NCBI GenBank assembly: GCA_964617815.1
Contig: CAZTXY010000004.1
Location: 1 to 63,602, forward strand
DNA: 63,602 bases
Origin: an uncultured Candidatus Saccharibacteria bacterium
GTDB lineage: Bacteria; Patescibacteriota; Doudnabacteria; UBA920
Reading direction: 5' to 3'
The position numbers and the translations under genes were made by a program. This document shows positions 17,411-26,770 of the stretch, piece by piece. The notes beneath the pieces are model-generated. The model was not told the DNA's origin. It did not search any database and saw only the letters and a program-made list of their open reading frames with translations. Numbering within the stretch: the stretch's first letter is position 1; every line of letters starts with the position of its first letter.

Positions 17411-17454
17411 GGCGAGCTGTGTCGGTAGCGGTAAAAACCGAACACTAGCTCGCC
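17411..17454 (-). terminator. Terminator of the 116-aa/54-aa gene pair
   Basis: ggcgagct...agctcgcc long stem followed, on the minus strand, by TTTTCTCTTT. Confidence 0.6.
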
Positions 17455-17477
17455 TTTTGGTCGCCGCCTGAGCTGTC

Positions 17478-17642
17478 TCAGGCGGCCGAAACTGAATCCT
17501 CCGTGTCGTTGTCGATTGCGACTCCGCAAACCGTGCAGCAGCCGCTACCCGAGTTGCAGATGTCGCAGAAGTCTGTGCCACACTCGTCGCAGTGGTACTT
17601 GTCGGCACCAGTGTTGCGGCATGATACGCATTCATCCAGCAT
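17478..17642 (-). CDS. GC-rich Cys-rich ORFan, 54 aa (four CxxC-type pairs)
   Basis: MLDECVSCRNTGADKYHCDECGTDFCDICNSGSGCCTVCG. The ATG is 8 nt after the upstream stop codon. A hairpin overlaps its stop codon. Confidence 0.5.
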   Translation of the reverse strand: MLDECVSCRNTGADKYHCDECGTDFCDICNSGSGCCTVCGVAIDNDTEDSVSAA

Positions 17643-17650
17643 CAGCGATT

Positions 17651-18001
17651 TTATTGCTTTCGCCACATGGCCTCCATGCCCTGCATGAGCAGGGTATTCT
17701 TGACCCACACAACGGTTGTGGGCTTGAGTTTTCCCAAGTCCACGACGTAGGTGCTCGTGGGTCTTTCCAGACGGACGAACGAGTGAGTTGCTGGCTCCTC
17801 GTCGCGTTCCAGCAGGATCTGCTGGACCGTGACTTTCACGGTCCCAAGCAGTTTCCTGAGTTTCCCGCGGTCGATGCTCGAGAGCTCCTCGCTCGAAGCA
17901 TCGAATGTAAGCTTGTCTTTCCCGAATGAGAGCTCAAAGGCTCCGTCTGCGAGCTCGGAGAGCTCCCCTGGGCCGGCGACGCTTCGTGTTTCCATCGCCA
18001 T
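17651..18001 (-). CDS. GC-rich ORFan, 116 aa
   Basis: AAAGGAGA RBS, AT-rich host-like upstream region, GC3-rich codons. Confidence 0.5.
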   Translation of the reverse strand: MAMETRSVAGPGELSELADGAFELSFGKDKLTFDASSEELSSIDRGKLRKLLGTVKVTVQQILLERDEEPATHSFVRLERPTSTYVVDLGKLKPTTVVWVKNTLLMQGMEAMWRKQ

Positions 18002-18126
18002 CTCCTTTTTCCGAGTTTCTGTCCTGCGCTCAACAAGTAAAGCATAAAAGCCTATAATTTAGGCGTTACTTGCTAAACACAGTCACATAATATAGAATTA
18101 AAACATATTTTTTAAATATTGTCAAT

Positions 18127-19326
18127 ATGTCAGCAGGGGAGAGTAAAAAAAATAAGAGATCCCTGCCTACCGGCAGGCAGGCTTCTTTCACTTTGAATGA
18201 TGACAGTGGGGTGGCCAAAGAAAAGAAAAGGGTACTGATTGCATTATCAGGCGGAATTGATTCTGCGGTTTCGGCATACAAACTTATAAAAGACGGTTAT
18301 GAAGTTGAAGCGGCCTTTATGAAAAACTGGTCATCAACCAGGGGACTTAAGTACGATGAATGTCCGTGGCTGACTGACAGGCAAGATGCTCTTCGGGTAG
18401 CTGCGTTTCTTAAAATTCCACTGCATACTATAGACTTTGAGAAAGAGTACAGCGCTACAGTTATGAATTATTTTTTCAAAGAGTATAAAGCGGGGAGGAC
18501 ACCAAATCCAGATGTGATGTGCAACAAGGAAATTAAGTTTAAATTGTTGTATGACTGGGCAATGAAGAAGAAGTTTGATTACTTAGCCACGGGTCATTAT
18601 GCGCGTGTCGCACAACGTAAAAATAAGACAGGGGAGATAGAGTATTTTTTGCAGAAAAGTGTTGATGAATTTAAAGATCAAACTTATTTTATTTACAATA
18701 TTAAAACTAAACAACTTCCGCATATTTTATTTCCAATTGGTGGAATGAAAAAAACTTTTGTACGCGCCTTGGCTAAAAAACTAAAACTTCCAAACGCGGA
18801 TAAAAAAGAAAGTATGGGACTGTGTTTTGTTGGTAAAATTAGACTTAAAGACTTTTTAGAGCAAAAATTAAAAGCAAAGCGGGGAAGTATTGTCGATACA
18901 AAAGGGAATGTGCTTGGTAAGCATGAAGGCTTGCATTATTATACGCTCGGGCAACGCCAAGGGATTAACATTGGTAGTGGCGGTCCTTGGTATGTTGCCA
19001 AAAAGCGACTTGTGGATAACACTTTGATTGTTACAAATAATCCAAAAGATAAATTGTTAGAAATCCGGGAGCTTGAAATTCATAGTGTTAATTGGATTGG
19101 TGGCATGGAATCAAGAATCAAGAATTATGAATCAAGGATTAAGCTCAAAGCGCGATATAGACACCAAGGTAGTTTAGAAAATGTAACACTATCCCCTATC
19201 TTGCTTTCAAAAAACAAACGTCATTTCAAAGTAGTTTTTGGTAAGCCTCAAACAGCAGTAGCTAGTGGGCAAAGCCTAGTGTTGTACGATAAAGATATTT
19301 GTGTTGGCGGCGGCGTGATTGTATAA
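18127..19326 (+). CDS. mnmA: tRNA 2-thiouridine(34) synthase MnmA
   Basis: ALSGGIDSAV PP-loop and NPDVMCN motif. The first ~28 codons overlap a repeat arm, so the true start may be the GTG at 18211. Confidence 0.9.
   Translation: MSAGESKKNKRSLPTGRQASFTLNDDSGVAKEKKRVLIALSGGIDSAVSAYKLIKDGYEVEAAFMKNWSSTRGLKYDECPWLTDRQDALRVAAFLKIPLHTIDFEKEYSATVMNYFFKEYKAGRTPNPDVMCNKEIKFKLLYDWAMKKKFDYLATGHYARVAQRKNKTGEIEYFLQKSVDEFKDQTYFIYNIKTKQLPHILFPIGGMKKTFVRALAKKLKLPNADKKESMGLCFVGKIRLKDFLEQKLKAKRGSIVDTKGNVLGKHEGLHYYTLGQRQGINIGSGGPWYVAKKRLVDNTLIVTNNPKDKLLEIRELEIHSVNWIGGMESRIKNYESRIKLKARYRHQGSLENVTLSPILLSKNKRHFKVVFGKPQTAVASGQSLVLYDKDICVGGGVIV
18156..18206. repeat. CTGTCAT-family arm (right-arm type)
   Basis: gagatccctgcctaccggcaggcaggc...gaatgatgacag. 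Confidence 0.7.
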
Positions 19327-19360
19327 AAAAACCAGCCCTAAGTGTGGGCTGGTTTTTTTA
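19326..19360. terminator. Bidirectional terminator between mnmA and hppA
   Basis: A-run, ccagccc-taagtgt-gggctgg stem, T-run. Confidence 0.85.
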
Positions 19361-19371
19361 TTTTAGAGAAC

Positions 19372-21381
19372 TTAGCCTTTGATGAATTTAACTAAGAGCA
19401 GGGCGACAATGTTCATAATCTTGATCATTGGGTTAATGGCAGGACCAGCAGTATCTTTGTAAGGGTCACCAACGGTATCCCCAGTCACTGCAGCTTTGTG
19501 AGCCTCGCTGCCTTTACCACCAAAGTTGCCTTCTTCAATATACTTTTTGGCGTTGTCCCAAGCAGCTCCTCCAGTAGTCATAGAGATACCGACAAATAAT
19601 CCTGTGACAATGGAACCAACTAACATTCCACCCAAAGCCTGTGCGCCAAGTCCAAAGCCAACTAGAACTGGGACAACTACAGGAAGTAATGCTGGAACGA
19701 TCATTTGTTTAATCGCAGACTTGGTGACGATATCAACGGCTTTTGAGTAGTCTGGTTTGCCAGTACCTGCTAGAATGCCTGGAATTTCGCGGAACTGACG
19801 GCGAACCTCTTCAACTACTGCTTTGGCGGCTTGGCCTACAGCAGACATTGCTAAGCTAGCAAACAAGTAAGGAAGGAGTCCACCAATTAAGAGCCCCACA
19901 AGCACTCTGTGGTCGGCAAGATCGAATACAGTTTTAATACCGCGCACCATTTCTAATTCTTGTGTGTAAGCGGCAAACAAAACCATAGCGGCAAGGCCGG
20001 CTGATGCAATGGCGTAACCTTTGGTCACGGCTTTGGTGGTGTTTCCAACTGCATCTAGTGGGTCGGTAATTGCGCGAACGCTGTCTGAAAGTTTGGCCAT
20101 TTCGGCAATTCCCCCAGCGTTGTCAGTAATTGGTCCGAAAGCGTCGATAGCCACAATAATTCCAGTAAGAGAAAGCATGCTCATTACAGACAAAGCTACA
20201 CCGTATAAACCAGCAAGTTTAAAAGCAAATAAAATTGCGATAACAATTACTAATACAGGAAGTGCTGTAGACTGCATTCCAATGGCTAGACCTTGAATAA
20301 TGTTTGTGCCATGCCCTGTGGTAGAGCTTTCTGCAATTTGTTTTACAGGACGGTAGTTTTTAGCTGTGTAGTATTCGGTAATAACTACAATAGCTGCGGT
20401 GACAAAAATACCTAACAAGGATGCGTAAAATAAATTATTAACTGAATATAATCCATTACCAGCCATCATCCATTTTGTAATGGGATAAAAAGCTATGCTG
20501 GAAAGGACCCCAGTAACGATTAAGCTTTTGTAGAGAGCGCCCATAATATTTTGGGATTTACCAAGGCGGACAAACCAGCTTCCAATAATGGTAGTAACAA
20601 TTGCGGCAGCTCCTAAAACTAATGGGTAAATAATAGCGTTGCTAAAATTTGGGAAAACGGCGTGACCAAGTAAAATAACAGCAACAGCAGAAACAGCGTA
20701 GGTTTCAAATAAATCAGCGGCCATTCCAGCACAGTCACCAACGTTGTCACCAACGTTGTCGGCAATAACACCAGGGTTTCTTGGGTCATCTTCAGGAATG
20801 CCACTTTCAATTTTACCAACCATGTCAGTTCCGACGTCGGCACCTTTTGTAAAAATACCGCCACCGAGTCGGGCAAAGACTGAAATTAAGCTAGCTCCAA
20901 AAGCAAGACCGGCCAGAGCCGCTAAGTCTTTAGTCGCAAAGTAGAAACCTGCCACGGATAGAAGCCCGAGCCCAACAACAAATAAACCAGTTACAGCACC
21001 ACCTTCAAACGCTAGTGACAGCGCTTTGCTTAAGCTTTCTTTGGCAGCCTGGGCTGTGCGGACATTGGCTCTAACAGAAATGTTCATACCAATAAAACCG
21101 GCTAAAGCAGACAAGATTGCTCCAACTGCAAAACCGTAAATAGTGTTGGCAGAAAAATTGCCAATATACATTAAGATTGCGATAACTAAAGCTACTAAAC
21201 CTACAGTTTTATACTGACGATTTAAATAAGCCTTGGCTCCAGTTTGAATGGCTGCTGCAATTTCCAGCATTTTGCCATCGCCACTTGGTTTTCGTAGGAT
21301 TTTATAAATTAAAAAAGCCCCATAGAGTAGTGCGAGAGCGCTTGCTGCCAAGACTATGAGCAGGTATGAGTTTTCTGTCAT
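19372..21381 (-). CDS. hppA: Membrane-bound H+/Na+-translocating pyrophosphatase
   Basis: [28 protein letters not shown] and about 16 TM segments. Confidence 0.9.
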   Translation of the reverse strand: MTENSYLLIVLAASALALLYGAFLIYKILRKPSGDGKMLEIAAAIQTGAKAYLNRQYKTVGLVALVIAILMYIGNFSANTIYGFAVGAILSALAGFIGMNISVRANVRTAQAAKESLSKALSLAFEGGAVTGLFVVGLGLLSVAGFYFATKDLAALAGLAFGASLISVFARLGGGIFTKGADVGTDMVGKIESGIPEDDPRNPGVIADNVGDNVGDCAGMAADLFETYAVSAVAVILLGHAVFPNFSNAIIYPLVLGAAAIVTTIIGSWFVRLGKSQNIMGALYKSLIVTGVLSSIAFYPITKWMMAGNGLYSVNNLFYASLLGIFVTAAIVVITEYYTAKNYRPVKQIAESSTTGHGTNIIQGLAIGMQSTALPVLVIVIAILFAFKLAGLYGVALSVMSMLSLTGIIVAIDAFGPITDNAGGIAEMAKLSDSVRAITDPLDAVGNTTKAVTKGYAIASAGLAAMVLFAAYTQELEMVRGIKTVFDLADHRVLVGLLIGGLLPYLFASLAMSAVGQAAKAVVEEVRRQFREIPGILAGTGKPDYSKAVDIVTKSAIKQMIVPALLPVVVPVLVGFGLGAQALGGMLVGSIVTGLFVGISMTTGGAAWDNAKKYIEEGNFGGKGSEAHKAAVTGDTVGDPYKDTAGPAINPMIKIMNIVALLLVKFIKG

Positions 21382-21481
21382 GATTTTACCTAAAGCCTAA
21401 ATTGGCTATGATTAATAATTTTCTGCTATAATTATAAGCAATTAGGCAAGATTATTCAACCCCTAACTTAAAGTCCGCAAT

Positions 21482-21655
21482 ATGAAATTTTGGAGCCCAA
21501 GAACTTACACAACCAGTGTGGGACTACTGCTCTTTGCAGTTGGTGTGTTTGGGTTTGCTTTTCGCTCCATGTCTCGCTTGCCAGATATTTATATGTTTAC
21601 TGCTTTGGTTCTTGGTTTTTGGGGTTTGCTTGTTTCCTTTAACGCTAAACGATAA
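21482..21655 (+). CDS. Small two-TM membrane protein (57 aa, below the track cutoff)
   Basis: Translated by hand as MKFWSPRTYTTSVGLLLFAVGVFGFAF...FTALVLGFWGLLVSFNAKR. It is followed by a strong terminator. Confidence 0.35.
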   Translation: MKFWSPRTYTTSVGLLLFAVGVFGFAFRSMSRLPDIYMFTALVLGFWGLLVSFNAKR

Positions 21656-21664
21656 AAGTTATTT

Positions 21665-21704
21665 AAAACATCCCTCCCGCCTATGGCGGGAGGGATGTTT
21701 TTTT
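21665..21704. terminator. Bidirectional terminator (13-bp GC stem)
   Basis: catccctcccgcc-tat-ggcgggagggatg flanked by an A-run and a T-run. Confidence 0.85.
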
Positions 21705-21712
21705 ATATTGCT

Positions 21713-22294
21713 TTAGCCTTGAATGAACCGTACGCTTTCTAAGATTTTTTCAAATTCTAATTTACGGTCCAAGTTACCACCAATATCAAAAGTAAAGAAA
21801 TTTTGTTGTTTTTTAACTTCCACCAGCTGGCCGTCAGCACTAAGGGCGGGCAGGCCATCTACAGTTGTTTTTGTTGTCCTAAGTCCCTTCATCGCAAAAG
21901 AACTGTCGCTAATGTAAATGCGCATGTTGTCTGTACTGTTTTCTGGTTTGATAACTATTATATAAAGTCTTTGAGCGCCTTGGCTATAAGTTGTTGTTTT
22001 AGCGCTCCATGTTTGAGGTATTTTAAAAGTCAGATCATAGTTAGTGTCCTCATGAAGTTTCCAAGTGCTCAGGTCAATTTCCTCTGGCTCTTGAATTTGG
22101 GGAATTTCCACAGAAGCAAGTGCGGACATTCCTTGGATGCGGTGAGGCATGGCGACAGTGCCAGCTTTTTTAATGTAATAAGCAGCATCTAAGTTGGGAG
22201 CGGCTTGCTGGGTAACTAGCAAAGACGCGTAGGTGCTAGCAATAGCTATAAGCAAGAGAGCTATAAAAGATTTTGTCTGCATGGATTTAAACAT
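21713..22294 (-). CDS. Hypothetical secreted/anchored protein
   Basis: 193 aa with an N-terminal signal/TM segment. No recognisable motif. Confidence 0.45.
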   Translation of the reverse strand: MFKSMQTKSFIALLLIAIASTYASLLVTQQAAPNLDAAYYIKKAGTVAMPHRIQGMSALASVEIPQIQEPEEIDLSTWKLHEDTNYDLTFKIPQTWSAKTTTYSQGAQRLYIIVIKPENSTDNMRIYISDSSFAMKGLRTTKTTVDGLPALSADGQLVEVKKQQNFFTFDIGGNLDRKLEFEKILESVRFIQG

Positions 22295-22344
22295 TGAGGT
22301 TAGGGGATTAGTTTGAGTAATTTTATTTCAAAATAGACACTTCC

Positions 22345-22536
22345 CTACTTCTTTGGTAATTCGTTAAACATACTTTTTAGGTCGGCGGAAGTGCCACAAT
22401 AGTATAAATGTTCGGTGAGGTTAGTGCAAAATCCTGGATGCTTTTGTACAAAGGAATATTTAGGCAAAAACCAAAAAACAAAAGCAATGCCAGCTATAAT
22501 TAGTAAATAAATAAACCATTTTGCAACTTTAAACAT
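22345..22536 (-). CDS. Small membrane protein (63 aa)
   Basis: One TM helix, background composition. Confidence 0.35.
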   Translation of the reverse strand: MFKVAKWFIYLLIIAGIAFVFWFLPKYSFVQKHPGFCTNLTEHLYYCGTSADLKSMFNELPKK

Positions 22537-22598
22537 TGTTTTTTAAAAATAACTTTTATTAAGTAAGTCTATGTAATAACCAAACCTTTTTAAAGTTT

Positions 22599-23606
22599 TT
22601 ACTGCCTTTTAAGAGCAGGATAATACAATATCGCGCGCAAAGTCAGAAAAATTACAATTGAATGGAATAAAAACAAAATGCCGCAAAGTAAGAGGATTTG
22701 TATCATGAAGTCTGAGCGTTGGCTGAGAAATAGTTGAGCGGGGTGTTCTAGAATTACTCCCCATCCATATTTTGATATTGGCTCAAAAGCGGTTATGGTT
22801 TGTCTTTTGGTTTGTGCTGACCTTCCTATATATATGCCTCTTTGGCCTTGCTTTATTTTTGTCAGAATGAGGTCGTTACTTTCTTTTGCGATTTGACCCT
22901 GTGGCAAAAAGTCTCTTGACTTTGCTACCAACTGGCCGTCTTGATCTGTTACTGAAACTGTTGTCTTACTTTCTTTGTTCAAGATGTGAAGCCATTCAAG
23001 AAAATGATCAAGTCTGATTTGAACTCCTAGGATTCCATGAAGAAGTTGGTCGTTTCCAAAAATAGGGATAGCGACAGCTATAATTTTATATTGAGGCAAG
23101 TTAGCTCGCTCGTAAACTGGACTTACATAAGATTGATTAGTTGCGGTGACATTTTTATACCATTCACGGTAACTGAAGTCTTGCCCAAGAATGTCTTGCG
23201 CTGGCGGAGCCACTACTCGGACAATTCCTTGCGTGTCAGCGATAAATAACCCATCAACAAAGGTTTCAGTTGATAAGCTGGAATATATTTTGAGATGCTC
23301 AGTTAAAGCGTTCCAGTCTTGGCTTTGTGCTGAAGATCTGACGCGTGGGTTGGTGGCCAGAGCTTCTCCGTTACTAACCATTTCATCGAGTTGTTGGTCT
23401 AAAGCTATAGCAATTGGGTAAGCGGCAAAACGGGCTTCGTCTACAGCGGACTGATTTAGATGCTTTTGGGTGGCATATAGGCCTGAAGTTATCACAATTA
23501 AAACTGGTATGGAAAAAAGCAAAAATACAACTGAATAATTAAATCTCCAGTAAGGATTGTGCTTAGCAATGCACCCATCAAGTATGTTAAAAAACCAGTC
23601 AATCAT
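22599..23606 (-). CDS. Cache-like extracytoplasmic sensor domain protein without output domain
   Basis: TM, ~270-aa periplasmic domain (ADTQGIVRVV, YREWYK, YVSPVY), then a second TM. Confidence 0.45.
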   Translation of the reverse strand: MIDWFFNILDGCIAKHNPYWRFNYSVVFLLFSIPVLIVITSGLYATQKHLNQSAVDEARFAAYPIAIALDQQLDEMVSNGEALATNPRVRSSAQSQDWNALTEHLKIYSSLSTETFVDGLFIADTQGIVRVVAPPAQDILGQDFSYREWYKNVTATNQSYVSPVYERANLPQYKIIAVAIPIFGNDQLLHGILGVQIRLDHFLEWLHILNKESKTTVSVTDQDGQLVAKSRDFLPQGQIAKESNDLILTKIKQGQRGIYIGRSAQTKRQTITAFEPISKYGWGVILEHPAQLFLSQRSDFMIQILLLCGILFLFHSIVIFLTLRAILYYPALKRQ

Positions 23607-23681
23607 TTTGGTCCTTTGAAATTTGGTTTAAATCATGATTTTGTTTCAGAAGTAGACTTTTATTCATTTTACGATATTTCC

Positions 23682-23710
23682 TTGAAATTTACAAGTTAAC
23701 ATGCTAAAAT
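23682..23710 (+). promoter_or_regulatory. Promoter of tRNA-Gln(CUG), TTGAAA-N17-TAAAAT
   Basis: Exact 17-nt spacer. The predicted TSS is about 68 nt upstream of the tRNA. Confidence 0.65.
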
Positions 23711-23743
23711 TAGATAGTTTTGCACTCACAGACACCATTCTTG

Positions 23744-23772
23744 CTGTCATTCTGAGTAAAATGAAGAATCTC
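23744..23772. repeat. CTGTCAT-family arm in the pre-tRNA leader
   Basis: ctgtcattctgagtaaaatgaagaatctc, ending 12 nt upstream of the tRNA 5' end. Confidence 0.85.
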
Positions 23773-23784
23773 ATTAGTAAACGA

Positions 23785-23859
23785 TGGGGTGTAGCCAAGT
23801 GGTAAGGCAGAGGACTCTGAATCCTCCATCCGTAGGTTCGAATCCTACCACCCCAGCCA
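23785..23859 (+). tRNA. tRNA-Gln (anticodon CUG)
   Basis: 75-nt cloverleaf folded by hand. Anticodon loop is CTCTGAA. It is near-identical to the 7113 tRNA outside the anticodon arm. CCA is encoded. Confidence 0.9.
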
Positions 23860-23863
23860 AAGA

Positions 23864-23888
23864 AAATCGCCGAAAAGGCGGTTTTTTG
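23864..23888 (+). terminator. Terminator after tRNA-Gln(CUG)
   Basis: aaatcgcc-gaaaa-ggcggttt stem plus a T-run. Confidence 0.7.
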
Positions 23889-23901
23889 TTATGATAATTA
23901 T

Positions 23902-24480
23902 ATGACTTTAGAACAAATACAAGCATTGCATCATAAATATGCCGCAAGCGACATAGCTTACGATTTGGTATTTGTTCATTGCCAAGCTGTGGCTGATATT
24001 GCAGAACAACTGATTGACTCGGGTAATATTGACGTCGATAAAGACTTAGTTCGCACTGGCGCACTGCTTCACGATATCGGCTGTTATAAATTCATCGACA
24101 AAGATGGAGAGTTTTTTGGTGAATATATTTGCCACGGAATTGAAGGCTGTGCAATTTTAAAACAGGAAAATTTACCAGAAGAACTTTGTAGAATCGCAGA
24201 ACGCCACACTGGCGTTGGTCTGACCAAAGAACATATTATTGAATCTAATTTACCACTACCCCACCGTGATTTAGTCGCAGAAACTCTTGAAGAAGAACTT
24301 ATTATGTACGCAGACAAGTTCCATTCCAAGCCTCCACGCTTTAATTCCTATGAAAATTATAAAGCGCGTGCTCGTAAATTTGGCGAAGAAAACGTGCAAA
24401 AGTTTGAAGCTTTTGCAAATAAGTTTGGCATTCCAAATTTAGAGCCATTATCGAAGAAGTATAATCACCCAATAGTCTAA
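23902..24480 (+). CDS. HD-domain phosphohydrolase
   Basis: GALLHDIG (HD motif) and ERHTGVG. Confidence 0.7.
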   Translation: MTLEQIQALHHKYAASDIAYDLVFVHCQAVADIAEQLIDSGNIDVDKDLVRTGALLHDIGCYKFIDKDGEFFGEYICHGIEGCAILKQENLPEELCRIAERHTGVGLTKEHIIESNLPLPHRDLVAETLEEELIMYADKFHSKPPRFNSYENYKARARKFGEENVQKFEAFANKFGIPNLEPLSKKYNHPIV

Positions 24481-24559
24481 AACGCTCAAAAGACATTTTT
24501 TAGTATTATAATTATTTCTGACCATTTCCGATTAACAAGATTAATTTGCACAAATCACG

Positions 24560-25603
24560 ATGCTAGAAAGACCAAAAAATATAATATTAGTATTTGTTTT
24601 AGGGCTGGTTGCCATAGGCTTTGTAATTTTTGTTTTAAACAGTAGTGAACAAGATCAAAATAGTAATATATTAAACGAGCAAGAAAAGGTTTCATTAAAT
24701 GAAGATTTAAAAGCAGAGATGGTAGAGTTTGATTCAATTTCCTTACCTGCTTTAATGGACAAAGACTTTAACGGACGCGAGCTTAAACTAGTTCGTATTT
24801 TGGAAGAAAATTCTGTCTACACAAGACATTATATTACTTATAAAAGCGGGGATTTGACTATTTCAGGAATAATGAATATTCCCAAAGGGGCTATTCCTGA
24901 GGGTGGTTGGCCAGTTTTATTTCTAAATCATGGGCATATTGATACCTCAGTTTATTCCAATGGTCGAGGACTACGCCGTGAGCAGGATTATCTGGCTCGT
25001 CATGGCTTTGCTGTTTTGCATTCTGACTATCGCGATCACGCCCAGTCTGATAAAGATCCAAATACAGAAAACAACGTCCGCTTGGGCTATATTGAAGATG
25101 TGATCAATGGGGTTTTAGCAGTTAAAAATTCTGAAATTGGAGCTTTGTCCAAAGAAAAATTTGGGATGCTGGGCCATTCTATGGGTGGAGGGATATCCCA
25201 AGCAGTTATGGTGGTTAAACCAGAGTTAGTAGATGCTTTTGTTCTGTATGCACCAGTTAGTAGTAATGTCGTAGACAGTTATAACCGTTGGACTCGGACA
25301 AATTCTACTAATGCGGAAAGGATAAAAATGGCTCATGGATCCCCTAACGATAATCCAGAATTTTGGAAAAACATGTCTCCCAGAACATTTTTTGATAAAG
25401 TAAATGTACCAGTTATGATATTTCATGGCACTGCTGATGAAAGTTGTGAAATTGATTGGTCTAGACAAACTAGAGATTTGCTAGAAGAAAAAGGTAAGAA
25501 AGTTGAGCTTGTGGAATATCCAGGACAGCCCCATGAGTTTGGGGCATCTCACACTGACTTTATGAGACGTTCTGAAGAGTTTTTTAAAACTAATCTTAAA
25601 TAA
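24560..25603 (+). CDS. Alpha/beta hydrolase (S9 peptidase / dienelactone hydrolase-like)
   Basis: GHSMGG nucleophile elbow, C-terminal D and H residues, N-terminal TM segment. Confidence 0.7.
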   Translation: MLERPKNIILVFVLGLVAIGFVIFVLNSSEQDQNSNILNEQEKVSLNEDLKAEMVEFDSISLPALMDKDFNGRELKLVRILEENSVYTRHYITYKSGDLTISGIMNIPKGAIPEGGWPVLFLNHGHIDTSVYSNGRGLRREQDYLARHGFAVLHSDYRDHAQSDKDPNTENNVRLGYIEDVINGVLAVKNSEIGALSKEKFGMLGHSMGGGISQAVMVVKPELVDAFVLYAPVSSNVVDSYNRWTRTNSTNAERIKMAHGSPNDNPEFWKNMSPRTFFDKVNVPVMIFHGTADESCEIDWSRQTRDLLEEKGKKVELVEYPGQPHEFGASHTDFMRRSEEFFKTNLK

Positions 25604-25623
25604 TTATTGAAAGGCCAAAACTT

Positions 25624-25860
25624 ATGCCAAACACATATTGTGAAAGTTGTATGATGCCGTTTAGTAAAGATAAAGGCCCTCGTGAATCAGAAAAATATTG
25701 TAGCTTATGCTATAAAGACGGTAAGCTTTGTTATGAAGGTAGCGACATAAAAGAATTCCAAAAAGTTGCTTACGACTCAATGATTGCTAGGGGTACTAGC
25801 AAGCTTAAAGCTAAATTTTTTACTTTCATGATAAAATACGCTCCTCGGTGGAAAAAATAA
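25624..25860 (+). CDS. Zinc-ribbon domain protein
   Basis: CESC...CSLC pairs in the first 30 aa. Confidence 0.5.
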   Translation: MPNTYCESCMMPFSKDKGPRESEKYCSLCYKDGKLCYEGSDIKEFQKVAYDSMIARGTSKLKAKFFTFMIKYAPRWKK

Positions 25861-25875
25861 GTTTAATTTACAGAA

Positions 25876-26520
25876 ATGAAAAAAATATATTTTGTCAGAC
25901 ACGCTGAAAGTGAAGGAAACATTGCTTCTGTAATCCAATCTGGGGAAGTTCCATTAACTGCGAATGGCAAAAAGCAAGCCGAGTTTATTGCAGATCGGTT
26001 TACAGAACTCCCAATTGAGATAATAGTTTCTAGCACAATGCTAAGAGCTCAAAAGACTGCTAATATTATTTCTGCAAAAATTAATGCAGAAGTAATTTCT
26101 TTAGAACTTTTAATTGAAAGACGACACCCAAGCTTGCAAGTCGGCAAGCAAAAAACAGACCCACAAGTAGTCGAGTCGGAAAAGTTAATATTTGAAAATT
26201 TTGGTCAAGAAGATTATAAATTTTCAGACGAAGAAAATTTTGCGGACTTAAAAGACAGAGCAAGTAAAATTTTAGATTTTTTGGCGCAAAGGCCAGAAAA
26301 AGATATTTTAGTCGTTTCACATGGTTTTATTATGCGGATTATTTTAGCATTTGTTGTTATTGGTAAGGATCTTAGCGCACAGCAGTGTAAACAATTTATT
26401 TCTGCTTTCCATATGGAAAATACAGGTGTGACAATTTTTGATTACGACAAAACCAAAGCTAGCCCATGGCGGGTTTGGGTTTGGAATGATCACGCTCATT
26501 TAAAAGAGTTAGGCCGATAG
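25876..26520 (+). CDS. Histidine phosphatase (phosphoglycerate mutase superfamily)
   Basis: RHAESEGN (RHG-type motif) and a downstream SHG. Confidence 0.8.
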   Translation: MKKIYFVRHAESEGNIASVIQSGEVPLTANGKKQAEFIADRFTELPIEIIVSSTMLRAQKTANIISAKINAEVISLELLIERRHPSLQVGKQKTDPQVVESEKLIFENFGQEDYKFSDEENFADLKDRASKILDFLAQRPEKDILVVSHGFIMRIILAFVVIGKDLSAQQCKQFISAFHMENTGVTIFDYDKTKASPWRVWVWNDHAHLKELGR

Positions 26521-26561
26521 AAAATACAAAGGTTACATTCTTGTCTAGTTAGAAACAAAAT

Positions 26562-26589
26562 TTGAAATTTCTGAAGTATTTGTTATAAT
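26562..26589 (+). promoter_or_regulatory. Promoter TTGAAA-N16-TGtTATAAT (extended -10)
   Basis: -35 at 26562-26567 and -10 at 26584-26589, preceded by TGT. Confidence 0.6.
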
Positions 26590-26598
26590 CTATCTAAT

Positions 26599-26667
26599 AT
26601 GTTATTTAAACCTCAAACTACAATATTTGCATGGTGGTGGAACAGTCATTCGTTTGGTGATTGTTGA
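26599..26667 (+). other. Candidate 22-codon leader peptide with three consecutive Trp codons
   Basis: MLFKPQTTIFAWWWNSHSFGDC. The ATG is about 10 nt after the -10 box, so the transcript would be nearly leaderless. A 9-bp long-range stem (aaacctcaa/ttgaggttt) spans the ORF. Confidence 0.3.
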
Positions 26668-26721
26668 GGTTTTGCTATGTTTAATGGCTAGATTTTATCT
26701 AGATATATAGAAAATCCAAAC

Positions 26722-26750
26722 ACAGTCCCCAAGCGGGGCTGTTTTTTATT
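26722..26750 (+). terminator. Intrinsic terminator/attenuator upstream of 26771 gene
   Basis: acag(t)cccc-aagc-ggggctgt stem plus TTTTTTATTTT. It ends 21 nt before the AAAGGAGG RBS region. Confidence 0.7.
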
Positions 26751-26770
26751 TTGAAAGCAAAGGAGGCGGT

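Noticed and set aside
19526-20944. Several 66-91-aa plus-strand ORFs inside hppA, and similar antisense ORFs inside other long genes (e.g. 13741..14112, 29396..29965, 41162..41509)
   Set aside because: They are antisense frames of well-supported genes, with biased low-complexity translations and no independent signals.
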